A stretch of 64,000 bases of DNA from a virus (lineage: Duplodnaviria > Heunggongvirae > Uroviricota > Caudoviricetes): the IMG/VR virus record IMGVR_UViG_3300021138_000001; one strand, given 5' to 3'. Shown piece by piece: positions 29,012 to 38,542 of this stretch. The notes under the pieces were generated by a model. The model had not been told where the DNA came from and did not search any database. It saw only the letters and a program-made list of their open reading frames with translations. The translations under genes and the position numbers were made by a program. Every line of letters starts with the position of its first letter. The first letter of the stretch is position 1.

Positions 29012-29424
29012 AGGAAATTATGTCCTTCATCAGTGCTAAAACAAACATGTTTGATATTGAAAGTAGCAATAGCTTTCATACAGCCTTGACAAGGTTTAGC
29101 CAAACCCCGACGTAGATTGGAAGTATGAATATGTTTTTCTGACGTATCATATCGAACACGAGTTACATATAGCTTACTTTTAGCCAGTTGGTCAATTGAA
29201 ATATGCCTAAGAGCATTTTTGATTGCATCAACTTCAGCGTGAAGAAAAATAGCTTCTTCGTGCTTAGAAAAGCGTCGTTGGAATGGGTGTGATTTTTTTT
29301 GATTGATGCCTATAGAAATAACATCATTTTTATAAACAATAGCGGCAGCAAGCCGCGCTTGCGAGACAGGTTCGACCGATTCAGCGATCTTGTCGAGCAT
29401 TTTTAGAATTGTTTCCGTTTTCAT
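29008..29424 (-). CDS. Zinc-dependent cytidine/deoxycytidylate deaminase family protein
   Basis: HAEVDAI and PCQGC motifs; likely start MKTETI. Confidence 0.8.
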   Translation of the reverse strand: MKTETILKMLDKIAESVEPVSQARLAAAIVYKNDVISIGINQKKSHPFQRRFSKHEEAIFLHAEVDAIKNALRHISIDQLAKSKLYVTRVRYDTSEKHIHTSNLRRGLAKPCQGCMKAIATFNIKHVCFSTDEGHNFL

Positions 29425-29560
29425 TTCGGGTAAGAATCCATCCACTTGTTGGCTCAAAATAAGAAATCTTAGTATATGCTGAAGGCGATTTAATTGCAAA
29501 CTTTTTTACGTCTTCATAGGTACTAAATGTCTTTGGTAGCTTCATTAAAGATTTCCTCAT
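29381..29560 (-). CDS. Small hypothetical protein, 59 aa
   Basis: ORF MRKSLMKLPKTFSTYED... between tRNA-Leu and deaminase. Confidence 0.4.
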   Translation of the reverse strand: MRKSLMKLPKTFSTYEDVKKFAIKSPSAYTKISYFEPTSGWILTRNENGNNSKNARQDR

Positions 29561-29573
29561 ATTAAAAGTGAAT

Positions 29574-29658
29574 TGGTAGGGACGGTCGGAATCGAACCGA
29601 CACGGAATACTCCAACAGATTTTAAGTCTGGTGCGTCTACCAGTTTCGCCACGTCCCC
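29574..29658 (-). tRNA. tRNA-Leu (UAA)
   Basis: Cloverleaf, CT-TAA-AA loop, long variable arm, GTTCGATTC, CCA. Confidence 0.95.
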
Positions 29659-29665
29659 ATAAAAA

Positions 29666-29740
29666 TGGCCGGTCTACTAGGAATCGAACCTAGACTAAGG
29701 GTTTAGAAGACCCCTGTGATATCCATTTCACCATAGACCG
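29666..29740 (-). tRNA. tRNA-Arg (UCU)
   Basis: CT-TCT-AA loop, GTTCGATTC, CCA. Confidence 0.93.
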
Positions 29741-29745
29741 ATATA

Positions 29746-30225
29746 TTATCGTCCTAGAAATTTTTTGTACAACACACCCTCTAAGGCATATGCTTCGATT
29801 TCCCAAGGCTGTTCATTATACCATTCAGCATCATTAGTGTGTCTGTATCGAGTACCTTTCCAGCTTATCAAATCTTTTCCAGAAACAAGTTCTCTTAGTT
29901 CACCTTTAAGATACTGTTTGATATGAACCATCTCATGAGCCAATGATAATAAACAATCTTCTGGGTGGCAAGGATTTAATTCTATTAAAAATTCCTTGGG
30001 TCGTATATAATCATCTACCCAGGTACAAAGTCCAGCATAATTAAGTGTCGTATCAAATTCAATTTCTATTGATAACTTATTTATCATTCTTTTTGAAAGC
30101 AACTCACTCGCATAAAAGTGAGTTGCATCCGCAACTAGTTTCCTCGGTTTTCCCGAGGATTGTAGATTTCTAATTCTAATTTGCAAATCATTGTACTCCG
30201 TTTTGTGTCGTACTTTCAACATCAT
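29746..30225 (-). CDS. Zincin-like metallopeptidase domain protein
   Basis: LAHEMVHIKQ and PWEIEAY motifs. Confidence 0.7.
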   Translation of the reverse strand: MMLKVRHKTEYNDLQIRIRNLQSSGKPRKLVADATHFYASELLSKRMINKLSIEIEFDTTLNYAGLCTWVDDYIRPKEFLIELNPCHPEDCLLSLAHEMVHIKQYLKGELRELVSGKDLISWKGTRYRHTNDAEWYNEQPWEIEAYALEGVLYKKFLGR

Positions 30226-31489
30226 ATAGTTTCATTTTCGATCTGTCAACCCCAATTAAAAAAACCTTATTGGTGCTAAGATCGTTATAGCGGTTCTTAA
30301 GCTGTTTAATCATTAGCTGATTAAGTTTTTCAAGTTCTTCTGTTGAAATGATGGCGAACATGAAATCTGCCGTTGCGGGCAGACCGAATGATTCGGAAGT
30401 ATTTGTTAGATCGACATCAGAACTATTAAACCCATCACGATTAGTTTGGGTTGCAGTTATAATGGGAACATTACATTCTACGGCTAGACCACGAAGCTCT
30501 TCGGCAATAGCCTTAATGAATGTGTAGCTGTTTACTGAATTGCCCATCTTCATTCTAGATGAGGTACATATGTTTAGATAATCAATATAAATGATATCTG
30601 GTACAAATTTGCGCTTTAGCTTTAGTTCTTGAATTAGGTGTCTGAAGTTTGCAGAACCCGCTGATGATGTTGGATATTCCTTAATAATGAGCTTACCCTT
30701 GTAGCGTTCCTTGATACGACTAATCTTACGCTCATAAACATCCTTTGTCATGATCTTTAGATCATCTACTGTTGAGTTTAGTAGATTTGCATCAATACGT
30801 TCTGCGATGCGTTCTTCAGCCATTTCCATCGTGATATAAAGAACATTGTAACCAGCAGCAAGGTTTGCAGCCGCTGCGTGACACATGAATAGGGTCTTAC
30901 CCACACCAGTACCAGCTAGAGCGACATTTAGAGTCTTTCGTGGAATACCTCCGCGAGTAATCTTGTTAAAATAATCTAAATCGAAGGCAATCTTTTGTTC
31001 TTTCTGATGATAGAAATCATATCGAGCAGATGCGTCGTCTAGAAAGTCGTGACCAACAGAGGTATCAAAAGATACTGCTAGAGCTTCAGATAGAAGTTGA
31101 GGAATTGCACCCTTAGACTTATCCTTAACTTTGTTATCTAAAATATTAATAGCCTCAAAGATAGCATTTTGAATGGCACGTTCTTGACAATATGTTTCAG
31201 TTTGATCTAAAAGCCATTCCATATCAGTATTAGAGTCTGCTGAAAGACTTACTAAAGTTTCTGAAATTTCATTATATACTTCTGCAGATAGGCCGGACAG
31301 ATGCTCAACATCTATAGAGACTGCTTCTTTAGTAGGGATAGAATTATATTTACCAATATAATCATCAATTGTTTTATAAATTACTGCATTGCTAGGCTTA
31401 GAAAAGTACTCCGTTTTAATAAACGGAAGTACCTTTCTTGCATATGTTTCGTTTGATACTAGATGGGCTAGAATCTTTTGTTCAATCAA
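30188..31489 (-). CDS. gp41: Replicative DnaB-like helicase
   Basis: Walker A AGTGVGKT, ITMEMAE, IYIDYLN, SESFGLPATAD. Confidence 0.96.
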   Translation of the reverse strand: MIEQKILAHLVSNETYARKVLPFIKTEYFSKPSNAVIYKTIDDYIGKYNSIPTKEAVSIDVEHLSGLSAEVYNEISETLVSLSADSNTDMEWLLDQTETYCQERAIQNAIFEAINILDNKVKDKSKGAIPQLLSEALAVSFDTSVGHDFLDDASARYDFYHQKEQKIAFDLDYFNKITRGGIPRKTLNVALAGTGVGKTLFMCHAAAANLAAGYNVLYITMEMAEERIAERIDANLLNSTVDDLKIMTKDVYERKISRIKERYKGKLIIKEYPTSSAGSANFRHLIQELKLKRKFVPDIIYIDYLNICTSSRMKMGNSVNSYTFIKAIAEELRGLAVECNVPIITATQTNRDGFNSSDVDLTNTSESFGLPATADFMFAIISTEELEKLNQLMIKQLKNRYNDLSTNKVFLIGVDRSKMKLYDVESTTQNGVQ

Positions 31490-32532
31490 TAGGTTTCTCC
31501 GTCTTCACCTTGCATAATCGATCCATGACCCATTTGATATTGATCTCGGATATAGTCTTGGAATTTAACAGAATTTAAGATCGGTGTCCAGAACGCAGAA
31601 TTGTTTGTATCTTTCTCCCGGACTTTTTGATCAGATACTTCACCTGTCTCGGGATCGACCTTGGCGTACCATCCGGGTGATGGCTTATGCACGAACTTGC
31701 CTTCCATAGCAACGTCGAGAAGACCAGACCACTTAGAAATCCCGCCATCATGAGATACTGTGATTGGGATTTTTGATTTTTCTTTGACATATCTCGACTT
31801 TTCCACATTAATAATGAAATTATATCCAGTAACTTCCTTACCGTCTTTTTCTTGTTGGCGACCAATAATGAAGATATTATCGGCTGAATAATAACTGCCC
31901 GTACCACCAGACACAACAGGCTTAGCATACATTTCCAATGTCATATAGGTATGATTTACCACAATCATAGGAATATCCTTCATGGTCAGGTGAGGGGTAA
32001 CCATACGAAATAGAGACTTGATTTGCTTGGCACGAGACATATCAGCAACAGCCTTTTGTTCTAGAGCATCTTCAACTTCCTTTTTGGAAGCCAGATTACC
32101 AATAGAATCAATAATAATAATGACACGATCCTTGCGGTCAAGCTCATTAATTTGTTGCATGACATCAAACTTTAGCTTTTCGATATCTGTAATTGGAGTA
32201 TGAAGCACCCGTTCCATATCAATTCCAAAGGAATCAAAATAAGATTTTGGAGTACCAAATTCTGAATCATAAAACAATAAGACAGAATCTGCATACTTGT
32301 CCATATAGGACTTTGCCATTAGAAGCGAGAATGCTGTCTTGAAATGTTTTGAGGGACCAGCAAACATTGTAAGACCTGGGGTTAGCCCGCCATCTAATGT
32401 TCCTGATAATGCAACGTTCATCATTGGAACAGGAGTTGTTATCATATCCTTCTTATTAAAGAACTTAGATTCAGATAACACATCACTCTCTTGAACTGTA
32501 GAGTTTTTCTTTAGTTTATGTAATAGGCTCAT
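31486..32532 (-). CDS. uvsX: RecA-like recombinase
   Basis: GPSKHFKT, YDSEFG, IDSIGNLASKKE motifs. Confidence 0.96.
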   Translation of the reverse strand: MSLLHKLKKNSTVQESDVLSESKFFNKKDMITTPVPMMNVALSGTLDGGLTPGLTMFAGPSKHFKTAFSLLMAKSYMDKYADSVLLFYDSEFGTPKSYFDSFGIDMERVLHTPITDIEKLKFDVMQQINELDRKDRVIIIIDSIGNLASKKEVEDALEQKAVADMSRAKQIKSLFRMVTPHLTMKDIPMIVVNHTYMTLEMYAKPVVSGGTGSYYSADNIFIIGRQQEKDGKEVTGYNFIINVEKSRYVKEKSKIPITVSHDGGISKWSGLLDVAMEGKFVHKPSPGWYAKVDPETGEVSDQKVREKDTNNSAFWTPILNSVKFQDYIRDQYQMGHGSIMQGEDGETY

Positions 32533-32546
32533 GTTACCTCGTTATG

Positions 32547-35033
32547 TTAAATTAAAAATTTTGCCAAGGTTGATCGTCTCTCAACCTCATATCCAATACT
32601 ATCGAGAATAATTTTAAGTGGTTCGACGAATGACTTTTCGAATTGAACATCATAATCGATATATTTTTTTAAGTCAAGTTCTTTAGGAAGAACGTTGGTA
32701 ATAGAAATAACATTCTCCCGAATTGTATTTGGTAGGCGCATATAACAGAACTTAATCTTTTCGCCATCACGAACTAGTTCGTATTTATTGTCTAGATTGG
32801 CATTTCTTATAGCATTATTGTACACCAGCGCACCACGAACATGTATTGGAGTACCCTTCTTATAGATAGTATCTTTGTCTGAATATTCTGTAATACCATT
32901 ACATCCACGAGGAAATGCAATATCTTCAAAGGAAAGAGTTGTAAATTCTTCTCTAAATTGTGCGATGAATTCGATAACATCATCTTCTGTCCCATTCATA
33001 ATAATCTTAAGTGCTTGCTTAATTTTATCCCGACAGGCTGCTGGAGTTGAAGACTTTACCGCCTCGATACCCATCATTTTAAGCTTGGGTTCACTATAAC
33101 GAACCCTTTCATTATCATGAACATTTAGAATATAACGCTTCTTTGCTGTCCAAATACCCTTGTCAGCAAGTGCTTCTCTCTTCATTTTTAAGAATGGAGT
33201 ATATGCATTTGTATATGCCACAAGAGAATCGAAGCTGGATGCAATCTTTGGTGTAATGATTTGCTCACAAACTTTGTCCATGTAATCAATCAGATTCTCT
33301 TGAGTTTTTGCAACAAGGTCTTCCATATTAAGATATACAGAGTCAGTATCGATTGCAATGACTCTGTCTTTATTTTCACCACAAAGTTTGTTCACAAATA
33401 CATTTACGTTCTGTTCAATCCAACGAATAGCAAGCTGCCCTGTAGTAGTAACGGCTTCAGCAAATTCGATTTCAAACCAACGGAAATACTTATTACCCAA
33501 AGCACCATAAAGAGAATTTAGAAGAATCTTTCTAGCCATTTGCAGATTATTATACTTAGAAATTTTATTCTTAAGTTCGTTGCTAGGATTCTTTTCATAT
33601 TCTCTCTGAGCATCCAACATAAGCTTTTTATATTGCTTACGTTCTGCCATCATACGAACAATTAGCCTTGGAAATACTCCCTCGACAGATCGATCCCATA
33701 AACAACCGTTTGCAGTAAGAGCATAATTCTTTTCTTTTAAGAACTCCTGAATTTTAGGATTATTCAGAGCACCACCCAAAAGGTCTTCTATAGAAAATTT
33801 CTGCTCAATCTTACCACGATATGTTTCTGGAGAAATATTATACTGCACAATAAGTGAAGGATATAGTCCCTCAACGTCAAAGGATGCTACATATCTATGT
33901 AATCCAAGAATAGGATCTTTCACATATGCACCAACAAACTTTTCTGACTTTTGCTTTTCTGTTTCTCTAGAAACAACAATGTTGCTTTCTAATAGGTTAT
34001 TATGAATAACCGTATCCCAGAGTCGAATTGGAGAAAATACATCAGCAAAATTAATCTTCGCATCATAAGCAACCGTGATAGCCAAACTAATAAGATTCAT
34101 CTTATCGTCAATGCGCTGAACTAGAAGTACGTCATGAATATTATAATCCATGAACTTTTGGAAGTCTCTACGATAAAGATCTTGTAGACCCGCATATTCG
34201 GAATAGTCTAGCTTCTTCTCACCGAGTTCTACGAACGCGATGTGATCTAATTTATAGGATTCTTGATTTGAATATGTAAATTTCTTATAAAGATTTAGAT
34301 AGTCAAGAACACATATGCCTCGAATAATATAAGTCTTTTTAGTTTCACCAAAGGTTTGAATATCGCGCTCTTCTATTCTTCCCCAAGGGGAAAGCTTATC
34401 GACATACTTTTGACCAATAATTTTGGCAATACGATTGATAATATACGGAATATCAAATAGTTCAACGTTCCACCCGCTGACGATATCGAGGTCCATTTGG
34501 CCCCAAACTTCAACGAATTTTTTAAGCAGTTCCTCTTCAGAATTGAACTTAAGATAAATTACACCCTTTGGTGCAACATAATCACCACAACCAAATGCCA
34601 CAATAATATCGCGCATTTTGATTGTGATTGCAGTAATTGGTTTGTTTGCCAGATAAACATCAGGAAATCCCTCATCCGCACCGACTTCGATGTCCAGTAT
34701 GCCAATGTTCAGTTTATCGGGGTCATAATCAATTGTTCCCGGATAATAATCATTAAGAAATGTATACCCGAACTTATGAATACTAAATCCGAAAATTTCA
34801 AAATTAGAAACATCTTCATAACTATGAATAAAATTGCGCGCTTCTGTTACGGTATCAAATTCAATCTTATCCACAGATTGCCCATAAATTGATCGATATT
34901 CTGGCTCATCCCTTTTTGAAGGGACAAACAAATATGGTTTATAAACAATTCTCCGACTTACCCTTTTACCGTTCTCTCTACCACGAAGATAGATGATATT
35001 GTTTTGTAGGTAAGCATCTGTATAAAACTTCAT
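32547..35033 (-). CDS. gp43: Family B DNA polymerase, uninterrupted
   Basis: ExoI LDIEV, DVEGLYPS, KILLNSLYGALG, IDTDS motifs. Confidence 0.98.
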   Translation of the reverse strand: MKFYTDAYLQNNIIYLRGRENGKRVSRRIVYKPYLFVPSKRDEPEYRSIYGQSVDKIEFDTVTEARNFIHSYEDVSNFEIFGFSIHKFGYTFLNDYYPGTIDYDPDKLNIGILDIEVGADEGFPDVYLANKPITAITIKMRDIIVAFGCGDYVAPKGVIYLKFNSEEELLKKFVEVWGQMDLDIVSGWNVELFDIPYIINRIAKIIGQKYVDKLSPWGRIEERDIQTFGETKKTYIIRGICVLDYLNLYKKFTYSNQESYKLDHIAFVELGEKKLDYSEYAGLQDLYRRDFQKFMDYNIHDVLLVQRIDDKMNLISLAITVAYDAKINFADVFSPIRLWDTVIHNNLLESNIVVSRETEKQKSEKFVGAYVKDPILGLHRYVASFDVEGLYPSLIVQYNISPETYRGKIEQKFSIEDLLGGALNNPKIQEFLKEKNYALTANGCLWDRSVEGVFPRLIVRMMAERKQYKKLMLDAQREYEKNPSNELKNKISKYNNLQMARKILLNSLYGALGNKYFRWFEIEFAEAVTTTGQLAIRWIEQNVNVFVNKLCGENKDRVIAIDTDSVYLNMEDLVAKTQENLIDYMDKVCEQIITPKIASSFDSLVAYTNAYTPFLKMKREALADKGIWTAKKRYILNVHDNERVRYSEPKLKMMGIEAVKSSTPAACRDKIKQALKIIMNGTEDDVIEFIAQFREEFTTLSFEDIAFPRGCNGITEYSDKDTIYKKGTPIHVRGALVYNNAIRNANLDNKYELVRDGEKIKFCYMRLPNTIRENVISITNVLPKELDLKKYIDYDVQFEKSFVEPLKIILDSIGYEVERRSTLAKFLI

Positions 35034-35099
35034 AACTTCCTCACATCGTTACAGACAAATAATAATATATAATAAAGATTGTAAAAAGTCAATATGAAA

Positions 35100-35123
35100 A
35101 TGGGAGGAATTTCTTCCTCCCAT
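35100..35123 (-). terminator. Hairpin terminator after hsp20 operon
   Basis: ATGGGAGGAA/TTCCTCCCAT stem followed by T-run on minus strand. Confidence 0.75.
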
Positions 35124-35126
35124 TCT

Positions 35127-35222
35127 TTAGTGCATAATTGATACTAAGTAGGTAATCGACAATACAGCCAAATATACCCAAGTAATCTTGGTAACAAGGT
35201 TTGATACTTTACAACTAGACAT
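35127..35222 (-). CDS. 31-aa membrane micropeptide coupled to hsp20
   Basis: TAATG overlap; MSSCKVSNLVTKITWVYLAVLSITYLVSIMH. Confidence 0.4.
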   Translation of the reverse strand: MSSCKVSNLVTKITWVYLAVLSITYLVSIMH

Positions 35223-35716
35223 TACTTTTTCTTTCCTTCTGATAGAAATTCCTTTGTAGATTCCGGGTATGAATTTACATCATTAACATGAATCTTCTTA
35301 GGCTTCTTAGATTCTGGAGTAATGGCTTCCAACCAAATCTTTAACATACCATTAAACAGGTCTGCGTTCTTGATTTCGATGTTATCTGCTAAAGTAAATT
35401 GTCGCGTAAACGCACGATCTGAAATACCTCTATGAAGATAATTTTCGGCTGGTTCTGAGGTTTCGGTATTTCCCTTAATAACTAATTTATTATCCTCTAG
35501 GGTAAGTTCAATATCTTGCTTACCAAATCCGGCAATAGCCATCTCGACAACATATGTGTTGTCATCAATTTTCTTGATATTATACGGAGGATATTTGCTT
35601 ACGACTTCTGCAGTTTGTGCAGCCATATCGTTGAACTTTTTAAACATTTGATCTGCGCCGACAAAATACTTGTCGAATTTAGACAGATCACTAAAAGTAT
35701 GATCGAATTTATACAT
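35222..35716 (-). CDS. Small heat-shock protein (Hsp20/IbpA-like)
   Basis: YPPYNIKK, EMAIAGF, YLHRGIS.RAFTRQF.L, A...NGML; AAGGAG RBS. Confidence 0.95.
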   Translation of the reverse strand: MYKFDHTFSDLSKFDKYFVGADQMFKKFNDMAAQTAEVVSKYPPYNIKKIDDNTYVVEMAIAGFGKQDIELTLEDNKLVIKGNTETSEPAENYLHRGISDRAFTRQFTLADNIEIKNADLFNGMLKIWLEAITPESKKPKKIHVNDVNSYPESTKEFLSEGKKK

Positions 35717-35722
35717 ATTAAT

Positions 35723-35739
35723 TCTCCTTTTAAGCGAGA
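35723..35739 (-). promoter_or_regulatory. ROSE-like RNA thermometer hairpin over hsp20 RBS
   Basis: UCUC-G-CU pairs with AG-GAGA leaving a bulged G opposite the SD. Confidence 0.55.
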
Positions 35740-35779
35740 GTTTTAGAAATGCTAACCCATTAGGCATTAGCTGCTTTAT

Positions 35780-36196
35780 TTATGGCAAATATGGATATGC
35801 CACTTTATTATATATGCGAATTCTCAAATCTGAAGAGCTAAATCTATGATCTCTTCTATGAAAATATACAGGAACTAATCCCTTTCCTGTATAGTACTTA
35901 TTCTCATAATCTGAGCCAAGAATTCTAATATCAATACCTTTAGTTACTAAAATATTATAAAGATCTTCTTCTCTATCATATGGAATAATTTGGTCTACAA
36001 ATCTACACGCATCTAATTGCAAGTATCTTTCGTATGTAGTTTGTATTGGTTTATTTTTATCTGGTCTATCAAGCGTCGGATCGGTGTGTAGTCCAACAAT
36101 AAGATGGTCGCACTGGCTTTTAGCATCCTCTAACATTAATACATGACCAGCATGTAGAAGATCGAAAGCACCAGCGCAAAAGCCAATGCGAACCAT
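35780..36196 (-). CDS. HIGH-motif cytidylyltransferase/nucleotidyltransferase (TagD/RfaE-like)
   Basis: GAFDLLHAGH, LIVGL..DP, RILGSDY, FSSSDLR. Confidence 0.88.
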   Translation of the reverse strand: MVRIGFCAGAFDLLHAGHVLMLEDAKSQCDHLIVGLHTDPTLDRPDKNKPIQTTYERYLQLDACRFVDQIIPYDREEDLYNILVTKGIDIRILGSDYENKYYTGKGLVPVYFHRRDHRFSSSDLRIRIYNKVAYPYLP

Positions 36197-36198
36197 TA

Positions 36199-36762
36199 TT
36201 AGAACTTAGCCTTTAGGTAAGCACCAAGCACGTTGCTTGTTGAATCGCCACTATTATGATAATAGGCAAGACCAACACCATACTTCTTAGTTAGTGCGTA
36301 TTCAGCAGATACTTCTTCACGAGTTACTCGATTGCCAATACCACCATTACCATTAAAACGCTGACGATAGCCAAGAGTTACGGTTAGGGGTTTAATTGGT
36401 GTCTTAGAAGTTACTTGACCTTCTAGACCATAGAACTGTGAAGCCTTACCTAGACCTTCAACTGTGCCATATTCGACCCGTGGCTTTAAAGTTAGAAAGC
36501 CTACTGGAACGACTGCGCCAACCTTAGAGATTAGCTGCCCAGAAACAGCCCCCTTGCCATTGGCTTGGGTTAGATTAGCCTCTACTGAATATCGGAAAGT
36601 GTCACCAAAAACAAAATTGTTGAACTCGGTCTTCACAGTATCTGACTTAGCTGACTTAGCAGCAGTAGTTGCATTTTCATTGTACTCAACCTTGAAATCA
36701 CCAGCATGAGCAGCAGTTGCAGTCAGAGCTAGAGTACCTAGAGTTACTAGTAGTGTCTTCAT
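36199..36762 (-). CDS. Outer-membrane beta-barrel protein with signal peptide
   Basis: Signal MKTLLVTLGTLALTATAAHA, alternating beta strands, terminal YLKAKF. Confidence 0.75.
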   Translation of the reverse strand: MKTLLVTLGTLALTATAAHAGDFKVEYNENATTAAKSAKSDTVKTEFNNFVFGDTFRYSVEANLTQANGKGAVSGQLISKVGAVVPVGFLTLKPRVEYGTVEGLGKASQFYGLEGQVTSKTPIKPLTVTLGYRQRFNGNGGIGNRVTREEVSAEYALTKKYGVGLAYYHNSGDSTSNVLGAYLKAKF

Positions 36763-36823
36763 ATTATAAGTCTCCATTATTTCTCTTAGCTTAACGGGTA
36801 AGAGATTGCCGTATAAAAATGAA

Positions 36824-37012
36824 CTATAATTTTGTCCATTTTGATTTGAATATTTTTTTACATACCAGTCTATGTATAAATGGTACATTATTTATGAATT
36901 GTATGTTAATTTTACCATCACCAAAGAAATCCATATTCCATTTATACTTTATAGGATTTAGGATTCTTAAAGAACCGGTATCACCGGGAACACTCCACTC
37001 AGAATCACCCAT
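36824..37012 (-). CDS. Hypothetical protein
   Basis: 62-aa ORF between regA and OMP gene. Confidence 0.5.
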   Translation of the reverse strand: MGDSEWSVPGDTGSLRILNPIKYKWNMDFFGDGKINIQFINNVPFIHRLVCKKIFKSKWTKL

Positions 37013-37027
37013 AATATATTTTAGCCT

Positions 37028-37423
37028 TTATTTTTGTCCAATATTATATTTAGATTGTAGATTCCAAGAATTCTTATCTTTAAATGAGACAACTTTAATT
37101 TGGCTTATTGTTGCAATTGGTTCTTGCGACTTGTTTGGGTTTACTAAAACAACAAGATTCCATTCAGCAAGAAGATTAGCAATCGTATTTCTACGAGCCT
37201 TATCGTTATCAGAAAAGTCAGTACTCTTTCCATCTAAAGCAAAAAGTTCTTTGAAGTGCGTTATATAATATCTTCCCTGCTTATGTAAGATATGGCATGA
37301 CTGATATAGAGTATTATCTCTACGAGAAGCAACGCCAATACGAGAAAGGGTTTCCTTAACCTTTAGAAAGTCATCCTTATCTTTTAAGGTTACTTCTATC
37401 ATAGAAGTAATCAAATTACTCAT
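37028..37423 (-). CDS. regA: Translational repressor RegA
   Basis: DDFLKVKETLSRIG.A....LYQSCHILHKQGRYYI.HFKELF. Confidence 0.96.
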   Translation of the reverse strand: MSNLITSMIEVTLKDKDDFLKVKETLSRIGVASRRDNTLYQSCHILHKQGRYYITHFKELFALDGKSTDFSDNDKARRNTIANLLAEWNLVVLVNPNKSQEPIATISQIKVVSFKDKNSWNLQSKYNIGQK

Positions 37424-37811
37424 TTATGCCACCTTGTTCTTGTCTTTTTCTTATAACTGCAAGTTGAGCATCAGATAAAATAGAAATAGCCTGTTTAGCC
37501 TTTTCATTATTATATCCATAATAAGATTTCACCAATTCTAAATCATCTTCTGATACTTTCTTGACCCATTTGGCAAATCGCTTTTTGGGTCTGATAGTAT
37601 TTAGAAGATAATAGAATTGAAGTTTTCCACCCAACGCTGGATACATATTCATATCATTAGCATAAAACAAGGTGTCTGTAAAGTAAGACAATCCTTTATT
37701 TACAATCCACGCATTATATTCCTTTTCTATACGAGATGGATCGTCAGAGTCTCTGATTAAATCCACCTTGGTATTAGAAATCGCATTGACGAAATCAAAC
37801 GGATTTGCCAT
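37416..37811 (-). CDS. gp62: Clamp loader small subunit
   Basis: PFDFVNAI, YNAWIVNKGLSYF.D, IRPKKRF.KW.K. Confidence 0.93.
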   Translation of the reverse strand: MANPFDFVNAISNTKVDLIRDSDDPSRIEKEYNAWIVNKGLSYFTDTLFYANDMNMYPALGGKLQFYYLLNTIRPKKRFAKWVKKVSEDDLELVKSYYGYNNEKAKQAISILSDAQLAVIRKRQEQGGINE

Positions 37812-38542
37812 TACTTAAATTCGCAATCTGCCATAATTTCTGTTAGACATGCCATTAGATTAATTTCTTGGTCCGCAACAAAAGCAGCCTTATATTGATA
37901 CTGCCCAATATAAAGAACTAGTTGTGGAATAGAATCCTTAGCCATAAATTCAGAAGAAGCGTCATATAGCTTTCGGAAAAGTTCTGTAGAATCTTGGTCT
38001 GAGTTTTCAGCAACCCACTTACGAACCATTGGAAAGTTCTTATCTTTTAGAAATACAATAAGAGCCTTAAAGGATTCTTCACCCAAATTAACAAGAATGC
38101 CCGAGTCAATCTTTCCTGTGGCTGAGTAACGTTGAAGTTCATTCAGAACTCTACGCCAATCTGGAAAATACTTCATAATAATTGCCGCAACAGCTTCATT
38201 ATCAAAAGCCACAGTTTCTCGGTTCAGAATTATCTTTGTGCGCTTCATAAACTGAGCGGCAAGTTTTGGCATATCTGACTTTGAAATTTTAAAATTGATT
38301 ACTGAACACCGAGAGTGTAGGGGCTCGATAATACGATTAAAGAAGTTACATGTCAAGATAAATCCGCAATTGATGGAATATTCTTCCATAAAATTACGAA
38401 GTGCTGGCTGAGTTGAGTTGCAGTTATGAACAACTACTCCGGTCCCCGTAATAAAAGTATGATTTTTCTTTACCGTAACATCAACAACATTTCTATAACC
38501 AATCGGTATAATACTTTTCACATTTGAAACATCATAATTCAT
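37811..38542 (-). CDS. gp44: Clamp loader large subunit C-terminal part with 40-aa intein C-fragment
   Basis: VVDVTVKKNHTFITGTGVVVHN|CNSTQPALRNFMEE; FILTCN, PLHSRC, FPDWRRVLNELQRY. Confidence 0.93.
   Translation of the reverse strand: MNYDVSNVKSIIPIGYRNVVDVTVKKNHTFITGTGVVVHNCNSTQPALRNFMEEYSINCGFILTCNFFNRIIEPLHSRCSVINFKISKSDMPKLAAQFMKRTKIILNRETVAFDNEAVAAIIMKYFPDWRRVLNELQRYSATGKIDSGILVNLGEESFKALIVFLKDKNFPMVRKWVAENSDQDSTELFRKLYDASSEFMAKDSIPQLVLYIGQYQYKAAFVADQEINLMACLTEIMADCEFK

Noticed and set aside
30188-35033. Inteins or introns in gp41, uvsX or gp43
   Set aside because: All three read as continuous, normal-length proteins with no Hint motifs.
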